A stretch of 64,000 nt of DNA from Longimicrobium sp. (GCA_035691085.1 DASSJS010000264.1:375-64374), one strand, 5' to 3'; numbered from the stretch's first letter, positions 1-9,497 are shown. Made by a program: numbers and translations. The notes: generated by a model not told the origin, from the letters alone.

Positions 1-45
1 ACCCAGCACCCAGCACCCAGCACCCAGCACTCAGCACTCAGCACT
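1..45. repeat. 7-bp tandem repeat (ACCCAGC)x4 followed by (ACTCAGC)x2, cut by the window edge
   Basis: Read directly from the first 45 nt. It lies about 30 bp upstream of the first possible start of the TPR ORF. Confidence 0.85.
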
Positions 46-75
46 CCGTACGCCCCGCCTCCCACGTTTCCCGCC

Positions 76-1443
76 GTGGACTGGTACGCCCGACGTCCGT
101 ACGATGTTTACTTCTTCGGCCCCTTGTGGCCGGTGTGCGGTGTTCCATGCCAGCCACGCATCATCATGCAGCGAAAATCCAGCCGTTCTCCTCGCGGCCC
201 CGTGTTTCTCCAGGACCTGTACCCACTCCTGGTGCCGCCGAGCGAGCCGCCCGGCCACACCTTCATCCTGGAGCTGGGCGGCGCCGAGGCCATCTACGTG
301 ACGCAGGCGCACAGGCTGGTGCTTGCGTGGTGCCTGCGCGAGGTGGAGCCGGACCGCTTCGACGTTGCCGACATCCGGGCGCTCCTGCGCGAGCTGGCGG
401 ACACCTCGCTCACGCGTGACGTGCGGCACGCGCTGGTGCTGCTCGCGCGGGAGTTCCTGAAAAAGCGGATCGATCCGCACCGTGTGGCGCTGGCCTGCCT
501 TGCGGTGGGCGACTGCGCGGTGGCGCGTGGTGCGCGCAAGTCGGCGCTGCTGTGGAGCGAGGCAGCGGCGTGCGTGGTGCCGCTCAACCCGCGCTTCGCC
601 TGGCTCGCCGGGAAGCTGTACCGCAAGTGGGAGCACTACTCGGAAGCGGAATACTGGCTGGAGCGCGCCGCTCGTGTCGCCGTGCGCATCAACGAACGCT
701 ACACCCAGGCATTGGCGCTCAACTCGCTCGGCAACCTGTACCGGCAGATGGGCAACTACGCGCGATCGGTGGAACTGCTGAACCGTGCGCTTATGCGTGC
801 CCGCCGGCACCGTCTGGACCCGCTCGAAGGAGAGATCCTGCACGATCTGGCACTTCTGTCCGCAGCGATGGATCGCTTCCGTGACGCGGAGAAATACGCC
901 GTCCTATCATTTGCGCGTTACGGAAATCAACACCCGAATCTGCCCAAGCTCGCGTGCGACGTAGCATTCAACTGGGCAAATCAGGGTTTCTTCGATCGTG
1001 CGTATCGGGTGTACCAGTCTCTGCTCCGGCAGTTCGAAGCACCTCATGAACGGCTACGCGTGCTCTCCGCAATGGTCCGCTGCGCGGGAGCAATCCGCGA
1101 TCAGGACACCTTCGATCAACTGTGGTCTGCCGCGTGGAAACTCGCGCAGGAACCTCTCGGGGAACCCGTTCTGGCTGCGGCGCTCGTCGACATGGGCAAA
1201 GGCGCTGTCAGCATATCCGCTTGGGAACGGGCGACGACAGCGCTCGAGTGGGCCGTCCGGGCTGCGGAAGCGAGCGGCGAGGCCGATATGCTCGCTCTCG
1301 CGGATGCGGCGCTCAGTGCGGCTCACCAGCACCTCCGTATTGACGTTAACCTCCGCGATGTTCGGGAGAACTCTGCATCCGATCGGTTTGCCGACAGCCT
1401 CACTCAAGTCCTTGATCATCCTCGCCGCGAGCCAGCACGATAA
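76..1443 (+). CDS. TPR-repeat protein (putative regulator/scaffold); true start may be the ATG at 166
   Basis: 455-aa ORF with normal amino-acid composition and TPR-like helical repeats (LAGKLYRKWEHYSEAEYWLERAARVA; ALNSLGNLYRQMGNYARSVELLNRAL). The opposite-strand ORFs are Arg/Ala/Gly-rich shadows. Confidence 0.6.
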   Translation: MDWYARRPYDVYFFGPLWPVCGVPCQPRIIMQRKSSRSPRGPVFLQDLYPLLVPPSEPPGHTFILELGGAEAIYVTQAHRLVLAWCLREVEPDRFDVADIRALLRELADTSLTRDVRHALVLLAREFLKKRIDPHRVALACLAVGDCAVARGARKSALLWSEAAACVVPLNPRFAWLAGKLYRKWEHYSEAEYWLERAARVAVRINERYTQALALNSLGNLYRQMGNYARSVELLNRALMRARRHRLDPLEGEILHDLALLSAAMDRFRDAEKYAVLSFARYGNQHPNLPKLACDVAFNWANQGFFDRAYRVYQSLLRQFEAPHERLRVLSAMVRCAGAIRDQDTFDQLWSAAWKLAQEPLGEPVLAAALVDMGKGAVSISAWERATTALEWAVRAAEASGEADMLALADAALSAAHQHLRIDVNLRDVRENSASDRFADSLTQVLDHPRREPAR

Positions 1444-1482
1444 GGGCCGGGTGAAGATGCCACCCGGCCGCGGTATCAGCGG

Positions 1483-1644
1483 CTAGTTTCCGGAGCCGAA
1501 TCCGTTTGGTCCCCGGTCATTCGGTGGCGGAGGCGACTCGTCGGCGTGGAGGAGTGTGGGCGTGCGGGTGACGGCTGTCGGGTTGGTGCCGCATGCTGCG
1601 GCGGCGAGGGTCGTAGCGATGCAGAGCAGGCGCAGTGGCTTCAT
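1483..1644 (-). CDS. Mini-lipoprotein, paralog 1 (53 aa)
   Basis: Internal ATG of ORF 1483..1719 with GGAG about 9 nt upstream. MKPLRLLCIATTLAAAAC is a signal peptide plus lipobox-like Cys. The Pro-rich mature part ends in FGSGN. Confidence 0.55.
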   Translation of the reverse strand: MKPLRLLCIATTLAAAACGTNPTAVTRTPTLLHADESPPPPNDRGPNGFGSGN

Positions 1645-1952
1645 GGAAGCGCTCCGGACTGGGGGAGGAAGATGGCCAATCGGCGCCTCCAACTTCCTCC
1701 CGCTATCCGGATGCTGCAACCGATGAGGTGCCGGAAATGAGGGTACCTTTCACGACCAGCCCGCACCCGGTCCCCATTGAGCCAAGTTCAATCAGAGTGG
1801 GAAGATGCAGAGAATGGTGACGCGCGCCGGGCTGGTTCACGGTTCGCCCCGCCTGCGTCCATTTCTCCGATGCAGCCGCGACACCGTCGATTGACTTGTC
1901 CTCAGATCCTGGAGCCGGATAGGCTCTTAACCCTCGCGCGCCTGTTATCGGC

Positions 1953-2120
1953 TTAATTCCCCGAGCCGAACATGTTCGGACCAACAGTCGTGGACGGCGG
2001 CGGCGGTGGCACTTCGTCGGCGTGGAGGCGCGTGGGCGCGCGGGTGACGGCTGTCGGGCTGGTACCGCACGCGGCGGCGGCGAGCGTCGCGGCGAGACAG
2101 AGCAGACGCAGTGGCTTCAT
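1953..2120 (-). CDS. Mini-lipoprotein, paralog 2 (55 aa)
   Basis: Internal ATG of ORF 1953..2195. MKPLRLLCLAATLAAAAC..., same architecture as paralog 1, ending FGSGN. Confidence 0.55.
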   Translation of the reverse strand: MKPLRLLCLAATLAAAACGTSPTAVTRAPTRLHADEVPPPPPSTTVGPNMFGSGN

Positions 2121-2413
2121 GGAATCGCTCCGGACTGGGGAGGAGGATGGGCCGATTGGCGCCTGCAACATCCTCCGGCCGTCCGGGTGCTGCAACCGAT
2201 GAGGTGCCGGAAATGAGGGTACCTTTCACGACCGGCCCGCACCCGGTCTCCTTCGAGTGAAGTCCAATCAGAATGGGAAGATGCAGAGAGTGGTGACGCG
2301 CACCTGGCTGGTTCTCCGGCCACCGACCTGCGTCCATTCTCCGCAAACCACCGCCGACGTGTGCTCGGGAGACCGGAGCCGAATACGCTGGGGGACGTTG
2401 CGTCTGTATCGAC

Positions 2414-2587
2414 TCAAGTTCCCGAGCCAAAGATGTTCGGCCCACCAGTCGTGGACGGCGGAGGAGGTGGCGGAGGCGACTCGTCGGCGTGGAGGTGCGT
2501 GGGCGCGCGGGTGACGGCGGTCGGACTGGTGCCGCACGCGGCAGCGGTGAGGGTCGCGGTGATGCAGAACAGGCGCAGTGGCTTCAT
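2414..2587 (-). CDS. Mini-lipoprotein, paralog 3 (57 aa)
   Basis: Internal ATG of ORF 2414..2710. MKPLRLFCITATLTAAAC..., same architecture as paralogs 1 and 2, ending FGSGT. Confidence 0.55.
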   Translation of the reverse strand: MKPLRLFCITATLTAAACGTSPTAVTRAPTHLHADESPPPPPPPSTTGGPNIFGSGT

Positions 2588-2859
2588 GGAAGCGCTCCGG
2601 ACTGGGAGAGGGAGTTGGGCCGATCGGCGCGTGCAACTTCCTCCCGACGTCCGGATGGTGCAACCGATGAGGTGCCGGAAATGAGGGTACCTTTCACGAC
2701 CGGCCCGCACCCGGTCTCCCTTGAGCGAAGTTCAATCAGAATGGGAAGATGCAGAGGATGGTGACGCGCACCTGTCTGATTCTCCAATCGCCGCGCCTGC
2801 GTCCATTTCTCCCGTTGCCGGTGCCGTATGCGGCACGCACGGCGGCCGCTCCGGCAGAG

Positions 2860-3561
2860 ATGCTGGAGATGCTTCGCGACACCGGGCCGAACGGGGTGGT
2901 GCTGGTGGCGCCGGGAGAGGATTGCGCGCCGGCGTGGGTGCGTGAGCTGGTGGCGCGGGCGGGGATGGTGCCCGTGGTGGCCGCCGTGGAGCTGACCGGC
3001 GCCCGCGCCGCGCTGCTGGCCGAGCTGTGGGACGCCGGGATCAGCGAGGTGGCGGACCTGACGCCGCGGCGCAGGCCGCGGGCGCTGGGCGAAGCCCTGC
3101 GGGCGGCGCACGCGCGACCGTTCAAGCTGCGGCTGGAGGCCGGCCTTTCACCGCGCGTGTCGGTGAACGCGCTGACGCTGGTCCGCGCCGCCGCCGAGCT
3201 GGTGGTGGATGGCGGCACGTCGGCCGGGCTGGCGGCGCGGCTGGGCGCGCGCGAGCGGACGGTGCTGAACTGGTGCACGCGCGAGCACCTGCCCGCGCCC
3301 AAGCGGCTGATGGTGTGGCTGCGGCTTGCGCTGGCTACCGCGCTGCTGGAGCACCCAGGCCGCAGCATCACCGCCGCCGCCCTGGCCGCGGGGTACTCCG
3401 GCGACCACTCCCTGCGCCGCGTGCTGCGCACGGAACTTGGCCCCGCATACGGCAGCGCGCCCCGCACCGCGACCTTCGCCCACGTGCTCGGCCGCCTGAA
3501 CGCCGAGCTGCGGGTCCTGCGCGAAGCGGCGCGGGAGGCGCGGCGGAGCCGGGCGGCGTGA
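2860..3561 (+). CDS. AraC/XylS-family transcriptional regulator with N-terminal receiver-like domain
   Basis: ORF 2749..3561, with MLEMLRD as the plausible start. The C-terminus has the AraC double-HTH pattern (LAARLGARERTVLNWCTREHLPAPKRLMVWLRLALATALL...SITAAALAAGYSGDHSLRRVLRTELG). Confidence 0.7.
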   Translation: MLEMLRDTGPNGVVLVAPGEDCAPAWVRELVARAGMVPVVAAVELTGARAALLAELWDAGISEVADLTPRRRPRALGEALRAAHARPFKLRLEAGLSPRVSVNALTLVRAAAELVVDGGTSAGLAARLGARERTVLNWCTREHLPAPKRLMVWLRLALATALLEHPGRSITAAALAAGYSGDHSLRRVLRTELGPAYGSAPRTATFAHVLGRLNAELRVLREAAREARRSRAA

Positions 3562-3820
3562 GCGGGGAATCTTGACAGGTGCGGGAGTGCGTGGGTGCGC
3601 GAGTGCGTTGCAGGCGGGGGCACATCAGGGAGGTCGATCCGCGGGGTTCCTGACGGGCGGCGGTCTCCCGGTGGTGCCGGTTCCGTGTTCGTTGCGGGAC
3701 TCAATTGTTTCTGCTAAGATTGGCTCAGACAATGTGTCCCGCAGAGTCTCGCTGCATCCTTCCCGATTCGCCGATCTCCATCCTCTCTCGTCCCTTTCCG
3801 CCCCCCCGGAGAACCCCCTG

Positions 3821-5797
3821 ATGTCTGCAACCGTGCGACGCCTGCGCCGTTTCGCACTCGCCGCCCTGCTCGTCGCGCCGGCGGCCTGCACCGACCGCAA
3901 CCCGGCGGGGCTTGCCGGCGACGCGCCGAAACCAGCCCCGCCGCCCTCCTCGGCCCTGGCCGTGCTGACGTGCACGGCCGACGTGCGCGCGGCGACGCTG
4001 GCGTGCGTCCCGCAGGGAGCGCAACAGGCGCCGGGCGCGTCGGCCACCATCCTGGGCGGGCAGGGGACCAACGTGCGGCTGGCGTCGTCCGGCACCAGCT
4101 ACGACGGCACCAGCCTCCTCCGCTCGAACATCACGGTGGAGAACCTCACCCCGCAGGCGCTGGGCACGCAGGACGGCGTGACCCCCGCGCCCGAGGGCGT
4201 GCGCGTCTTCTTCCACTCCGGCCCCACCGTGACCGGCGGGAGCGGGGTGGTGGCGGTGGAGAACGCCGACGGGGAAGGGGCCTTCACCGCGGCGGGGCAG
4301 AAGTACTTCCAGTATGCGGGGATGCTGGAGCCGGGCGACACCACCCCGGCCAGGGAGTGGCGCTTCACCCTGCCGAAAACCGTCACCACCTTCGTGTTCA
4401 GCGTGTACGTGGCCACCCCGGTCCCCACCGAGGCCGGGTGGGTGAGCCTGTCGCCGGTCGCGCCCTCGCTGACCGAGGGTGAGACGGTGCGGCTGACCCC
4501 CACCGTGCGCACCGTGACCGGCCACCTGGCCGCGGGCGAGCCGGTGGTGGCGTGGTCCACCACCAACCCCGCCGTGGTCACGGTCGATTCCACCGGGCTG
4601 GTGACGGGCGTGGGCCCGGGGCTGGCGACCATCACCGCCACCAGCGGCGGGCGCACCGGGAGCGTGAGCGTGAAGGTGACGCCGGTGTGGTACCCGGGGC
4701 CGTCCCCCACCATCGTGGGGATCGAGCTTCCGCGGGTGGTCACGGCCAACGGAGTGGACTCGGCGTGGGTGCGGATGGCGGTGAAGTACCACGGGGAAAC
4801 GTCATTCATCGCCATCAACGTGACGCTGATGGCGCTCAACGGAGGGCAGCGCCTTTTCTGCAACAGCTTCACCCAGGAGTCGGGGACGGCAAAGGACGGG
4901 GTGTTCCGTTGCGCCACGCCGGTTCCCAACCGCTGGCGGGGCGGCGCCTGGAAGGTGGAGCAGGTGGCGGTGTACGGAGGGTGGGATGGGCGCTCGCTGA
5001 GCACGGCCGAGCTGGTGGCCGCGGGCGCGCCGGCGCGCCTGCACGTGCGCAGCCCCGACGAGGACACCACCGCGCCCGTGCTGCATGCCTTCTCCTTCTC
5101 CCCCAGCTCGATCACCGCGGGCGACATGGTATCGGCGGGCGTGAAGACGACCGACACCGGGCTGGGCACCGGCGGGATGAGCGTCACCTTCCGCAACTCG
5201 GCGAGCCACCAGGGAATCGGCTGTGCCTCCAGCACGCGCATCATGAAGGCCGACACCATCGGCTTCATCTGCCAGGTGCCGATCCCCGCGTACCTGCAGG
5301 GGGGGCAGTGGGTGGTGGAGACGGTACGGGTGTCGGACGCCAACGGGAACTTCACCCGCCTGAACACCGCCGACCTGCAGGCCGCCGGCTATCCCTGGGA
5401 GCTGAACGTGACCGGCGCCAGCCCCGACACGGTGCGGCCCGTCATCACCGCCTTCGCGTTCTCGCCCGACACCGTTCCGCCGAACGGGGTGCTCTCGGTG
5501 AACGTCGCGCTGTCGGCCGAAGACGCGCACAGCGGCATCGGGGTGCTGGTGGTGCGCTTCACCAACGCGGCCACCGGCAAGACGAAGGAGTGCATCTCCT
5601 CGCCGCCGTCCCTCTACCCCACCGCACCGCCGAGCTACACGCTCGAGTGCGCGCTGGGCTTCGGCGCGGCCGAGGCGGGAACGTGGCGGGTGAGCTCCCT
5701 CCGCGCCCAGGACATGGCGGGCAACACCCACCTGCTCCTGGCCGCCGACGTGCAGGCCGCCGGATACCAGACGGAGCTGACGGTGACACCGCCGTAA
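3821..5797 (+). CDS. Ig-like (BIG2) domain surface lipoprotein, paralog 1 (658 aa)
   Basis: Internal ATG of ORF 3572..5797. MSATVRRLRRFALAALLVAPAAC is a lipoprotein signal. BIG2-like segment VVAWSTTNPAVVTVDSTGLVTGVGPGLATITATSGGRTGSVSVKV. The N-terminal about 250 aa are paralogous to 10785 and 12407. Confidence 0.75.
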   Translation: MSATVRRLRRFALAALLVAPAACTDRNPAGLAGDAPKPAPPPSSALAVLTCTADVRAATLACVPQGAQQAPGASATILGGQGTNVRLASSGTSYDGTSLLRSNITVENLTPQALGTQDGVTPAPEGVRVFFHSGPTVTGGSGVVAVENADGEGAFTAAGQKYFQYAGMLEPGDTTPAREWRFTLPKTVTTFVFSVYVATPVPTEAGWVSLSPVAPSLTEGETVRLTPTVRTVTGHLAAGEPVVAWSTTNPAVVTVDSTGLVTGVGPGLATITATSGGRTGSVSVKVTPVWYPGPSPTIVGIELPRVVTANGVDSAWVRMAVKYHGETSFIAINVTLMALNGGQRLFCNSFTQESGTAKDGVFRCATPVPNRWRGGAWKVEQVAVYGGWDGRSLSTAELVAAGAPARLHVRSPDEDTTAPVLHAFSFSPSSITAGDMVSAGVKTTDTGLGTGGMSVTFRNSASHQGIGCASSTRIMKADTIGFICQVPIPAYLQGGQWVVETVRVSDANGNFTRLNTADLQAAGYPWELNVTGASPDTVRPVITAFAFSPDTVPPNGVLSVNVALSAEDAHSGIGVLVVRFTNAATGKTKECISSPPSLYPTAPPSYTLECALGFGAAEAGTWRVSSLRAQDMAGNTHLLLAADVQAAGYQTELTVTPP

Positions 5798-5896
5798 CGC
5801 TTCGTCGCGGGCGGGGGATACCGATGGGCGGCGCCGCTCCGGCCGGTGACCGCCCCCCGCCCATCCGAAACTCCGGTGATTTGTTGCCGTCGTTGG

Positions 5897-5963
5897 AGCC
5901 TCGCGCGGTTTGCGAGGCTTCTCGCCGTTGTTGCCGCGGCGCCGCGGCTTCGGGCCGCCGGTG
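5897..5963 (-). repeat. REP-A double-hairpin repeat (degenerate copy, reverse orientation)
   Basis: Reverse complement of the core CACCGGCGGCTGAAGCCGCAGCAACAACGACGAAAAGCCTCGCAAACTGCGCGAGGCT, which is found 7 more times in the window. Confidence 0.8.
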
Positions 5964-6030
5964 AGCGAGGCCGGCACGCTTATACCAGATCGGGCAGCTG
6001 GTTGTGCATTCTGGATGAGATCAAACGCTT

Positions 6031-6116
6031 GTCATCCTGAGCTGAGTCTGAGCCTGAGCGTCGCCGCTGCACCCGCACCGCGTCCGCACCAGGGATTGGC
6101 GGCGACCGAAGGATCC
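6031..6116 (+). repeat. REP-D repeat (GTCATCCTGAG ... CGAAGGATCC type)
   Basis: gtcatcctgagctgag...ggcgaccgaaggatcc. Related copies occur at 6202, 21307 and 27664. Confidence 0.7.
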
Positions 6117-6201
6117 ATGATCGAGGCAGCGCCATCGTCTGATTGACGGTGGATCCATGGCCCGGTGCGCTTCGGGGGATGGGCTCCGAGACCGGGCGAT
6201 A

Positions 6202-6268
6202 GATCCTTCAGTCGCCGCCAGGGTCCAGTGCGGGCGCCGCTCTGGCGCGGCGGCTCCTTCAGGATGAC
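6202..6268 (-). repeat. REP-D repeat, reverse orientation
   Basis: gatccttcagtcgcc...ctccttcaggatgac. Confidence 0.7.
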
Positions 6269-6527
6269 TTTCTCTGGGTGGGGGAATGCACAACGACTCT
6301 CCGCATCCGTATTACCCCCCGGTTCGAGCAACTCGCCCCGCGCCGCTGGCGTCAGACGTGCGGGGGCGTGTACGTTCCCACTAGCGGAGGCGGAGCGGGG
6401 ATCTATCGGGCGCGCTGGGGGGTATGCCCGCGGACCTCACGGACGGCAGGGAACCACCGGCCGGACGGCGGAGCGAGCGCCCGTCCGAACGGATCATCTC
6501 GCGCCCCAGGGCGCCACGGGACAGCAG

Positions 6528-8192
6528 ATGCGTGAACGGAATCAGACCGGCGGCGGTGCCCCGCGCGCCCGCGGCCGCAAGGTGAGGCGCGCGGCGCTGG
6601 CGGCGCTGGTGCTGCCAGTGGTGGTGGGCGGCTTCATGCTGCAGAGCGCCATCTCCGAGAACGGGCGCCTGTTCGAGGAGGTGCTCACCCGCGTGGCCGC
6701 CTACGGTGTGGACGGCGTGCCGCAGGACAGCCTGTACGCGCTGGCCGCCCGCGGGCTGCTGCGCCGCATCGGCGACCCGTACGCCGACCTGTACTCGCCC
6801 CGCGAGCTGGCCGACTTCCAGCGCGAGAACCTGCGCAACGGCTACGGCGGGATGGGGATGCTGGTGGAGACCGTGCGCGACACCGCCACGGTGATGCGCG
6901 TCTATCCGCACACCCCCGCCGAGCAGGCCGGCGTCCAGATCGGCGACCGCATCGTGGAGGTGGACGGGCAGAAGGTGACGGGGCTCACGCTGGACCGCGT
7001 GACCGCCAAGCTGCTGGGCCCGCAGGGCACCACCGTGCACGCCACCTTCATCCGCCACGGCCAGGCCGAGCCGCTGAAGATCGAGGCGCGCCGCGCGGTG
7101 GTGCACATCCCCGTGGTGGCCTACGCGCTGGTGCTGGACGGCGGCGTGGGGTACCTCCCGCTCGACCGCTTCAGCGAGACCTCGGCGCAGGAGGTGGCCA
7201 GCGCGCTGGCCGACCTGCGCCGGCGCGGCGCCACCAGCTTCGTGCTGGACCTGCGCGGCAACGGCGGCGGCAGCCTGGACCAGTCCATCCGCATGACCAA
7301 CCTTTTCCTGGACAAGGGGAAGGAGATCCTGCGCGTGGTCTACCGCAACGCCCCGCAGGAGGTCTACCGCGCCGAGGACGCGCCGCTGCTGGGCGGCGAG
7401 CCGGTGGTGGTGATGACCGACGAGGGGACGGCGTCGGCCAGCGAGATCGTGGCGGGCGCGCTGCAGGACCATGACCGCGCCGTCGTCGTGGGCCAGGTCT
7501 CCTTCGGCAAGGGGCTGGTGCAGGACCTGTTTCCGCTGGAGGGCGGGTGGGCGATGAAGCTGACCACGGGGAAGTGGTACACGCCCAGCGGCCGCTCCAT
7601 CCAGCGCCCGCGCAAGGTGAACCCCGACGGCACCTTCGCGCCCCAGGACACGCTGCCGCCCAGCGACAGCGCGCTGGCCGCGCGCCCGGTGTTCCACAGC
7701 GACGCCGGCCGGCCGGTGTACGGCGGCGGCGGCATCACCCCCGACGTGGTGGTGCGCGAGGACTCGCTCAGCGCCACCGAGCGCACGCTGCTGCGCGCGC
7801 TGGGCGCCCGGGCCACCGCCAGCAACCAGGTGCTCAGCGAATACACGCTGGAGCTGAGCCGCGGCGTGCGCCCCGGCTTCACCGCCGACCCGGCGTGGCG
7901 CGAGGAGCTGTACCGCCGGCTGGAGCGCGACGGCGTGCACGTGGACCGCGCCCAGTACCAGGCCGGCGTCACGCTGATCGACCGGATGATCCAGGGGCGC
8001 GTGGCGTCGCTGGCGTTCGGTGACTCGGCCAGCTTCAAGCTGGGGATCCCCAACGACACGCAGCTGCAGAGCGCGCTGGGGATCGTGCGCGGCGCCCGCA
8101 CCCAGGCCGAGGCGCTGGCCCGCGCCAACGCCGCCGCCCGCGCCCCGCAGCCCGCCCGCACCGCCGCCGCCCCCGCGCCCCCGCGCGGGTGA
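6528..8192 (+). CDS. S41-family C-terminal processing peptidase (Ctp/Prc-like) with PDZ domain
   Basis: In-frame ATG (MRERNQ...) of ORF 6165..8192, followed by a TM/signal segment. PDZ segment PAEQAGVQIGDRIVEVDG. S41 catalytic region DLRGNGGGSL ... TASASEIVAGALQDHDRAVVVGQVSFGKG. Confidence 0.9.
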   Translation: MRERNQTGGGAPRARGRKVRRAALAALVLPVVVGGFMLQSAISENGRLFEEVLTRVAAYGVDGVPQDSLYALAARGLLRRIGDPYADLYSPRELADFQRENLRNGYGGMGMLVETVRDTATVMRVYPHTPAEQAGVQIGDRIVEVDGQKVTGLTLDRVTAKLLGPQGTTVHATFIRHGQAEPLKIEARRAVVHIPVVAYALVLDGGVGYLPLDRFSETSAQEVASALADLRRRGATSFVLDLRGNGGGSLDQSIRMTNLFLDKGKEILRVVYRNAPQEVYRAEDAPLLGGEPVVVMTDEGTASASEIVAGALQDHDRAVVVGQVSFGKGLVQDLFPLEGGWAMKLTTGKWYTPSGRSIQRPRKVNPDGTFAPQDTLPPSDSALAARPVFHSDAGRPVYGGGGITPDVVVREDSLSATERTLLRALGARATASNQVLSEYTLELSRGVRPGFTADPAWREELYRRLERDGVHVDRAQYQAGVTLIDRMIQGRVASLAFGDSASFKLGIPNDTQLQSALGIVRGARTQAEALARANAAARAPQPARTAAAPAPPRG

Positions 8193-8420
8193 GCGCCGCG
8201 GCCTTCCGGCGAGCCAGCGCGCGCCGCTCCGGGGCGACCCGGGGCGGCGCGCGCGTGCGGGGGCGCCACGGATCGCATCGGGCCGGCGCCGCCGCGCGCG
8301 GGGTCCAGGCCGGCCGCTTGCCGGCGGGGCCCGTGATGTGAATGTTTTAGCACCTCTCCTCCGGGACCGGCGGCCCGCCGCTCCCCGTTCCACCCCCAGA
8401 CAGACGAGTCCGGACCGATC

Positions 8421-9497
8421 GTGAACATCCATCTACGCACCGGTGCGGCCGCGGCCGCGCTGGCCCTGGCGGCGGCGCCCGCGCTGGCGCAGGCCGGCGG
8501 CGGCGAGCTGCCGCTGAAGCACGCGCCCCAGCCCACCACCGCCGCGATCACCGCCGCCGACGCGATGACGCGCCTGTACATCCTGGCCGACGACTCGATG
8601 ATGGGGCGCGAGAGCGGGACGGCGGGGAACGTGAAGGGCACCGACTACATCGCCCGCGAGGCGCGCCGCATCGGGCTGGAGCCCGTCGGCGAGAACGGCA
8701 CCTACTTCCAGACCATCCCGCTGCGCCGCAGGGGCGTGGACCCGTCCGGCACCCTTTCCGCGGGCGGCACCGCGCTGGTCATGGGGCAGGACTACGGGCT
8801 CATCCCCACCGTCCCCGGCGTGTTCAGCTTTGCCGACAAGCTGCAGGCCAGCGGCGCGCAGGTGGTGTACGGCGGGCAGCTGGGCACGCCCAACGTGATC
8901 GATCCCGCCCAGGCCGCGGGGAAGCTGGTGGTGTTCGACGCGCCTCCGGGGCCCAACGGGACCAAGAGCTGGCGCTTCTGGACGGCGGGGCCGCCGCTGG
9001 ACCGCTACGCGCAGGCGGCGGGCGTGGCCATCGTGGCGCTGGACCTGGCGCCGGCGGGGATCCGCGACTTCCTGACGCAGCCGCAGGAGTCGCTGCAGGA
9101 CCCGGCCGAGGCGCGCCCCGCCTCGGCCGGCCCCGCGGGGCTGCTGGTGAGCAACGCGGCGGCCGAGCGGCTGCTGGGCCGGCCGCTGGCGGGGCTGCAG
9201 GTGGGCGCCACCGGCGCCACCGTGAACGCCAACGTGGTGTTCAAGGACGAGCCGTCGCCCTTCCCGGCGCGCAACGTGGTGGGGATCCTGCGCGGCACCG
9301 ACCCGGCGCTGCGCGGGCAGTTCGTGGCCATCGGGGCGCACAACGACCACGTGGGGATGTCGGCCGAGCCGCTGGACCACGACTCGGTGCGCGCCTTCAA
9401 CGAGGTGCTGCGCAAGGAGGGGCTCGAGGGCGAGCCCGACGCCGCCACCCCGCAGACGGCCCAGCTTGTTGGTGGCGGAGGCCATGCCATCTCCTGA
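8421..9497 (+). pseudogene. M28-family (PA-domain) aminopeptidase, C-terminally truncated
   Basis: GTG start and a signal peptide (AAAPALAQA). The PA and M28 N-terminal part reaches NVVGILRG...VAIGAHNDHVG. The ORF then stops about 47 codons later, without the downstream metal ligands (DDxSG, EE, distal His) expected in M28 enzymes. Confidence 0.6.

Larger units (their letters stand above)
1483..2790. repeat. Tandem triplication (unit about 470 bp): mini-lipoprotein gene plus its 5' leader/promoter region
   Basis: Three head-to-tail units alignable by eye. The stretch ccgatgaggtgccggaaatgagggtacctttcacgacc is identical in all three (about 1720, 2200 and 2665). Confidence 0.85.

Noticed and set aside
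31-843. 270-aa minus-strand ORF overlapping the TPR gene. The same applies to many similar long overlapping ORFs, e.g. 2736..3704(-), 3725..4792(-), 4099..5367(-), 6381..8432(-), 9005..11257(-) and 13720..14847(-).
   Set aside because: Their composition is dominated by Arg/Ala/Gly/Pro/His runs, typical of out-of-frame or antisense shadow ORFs in roughly 70% GC DNA. Each overlaps a gene with clear family motifs on the other strand or frame.
1700-1730. Sigma-54 promoter-like GGCAC...TTGCA inside the invariant mini-lipoprotein leader (minus strand, all three copies).
   Set aside because: The spacing between the GG and GC dinucleotides is 13 nt rather than the required 10 nt, so it does not fit the -24/-12 consensus.
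1730-1775. GGUCGUGA in the invariant leader is reminiscent of the ZTP (pfl) riboswitch P1/P2 region.
   Set aside because: The rest of the pfl consensus (GACUGGCG and the distal CCGCCUGGGC pseudoknot partner) is absent, and the downstream gene is unrelated to purine or folate metabolism.
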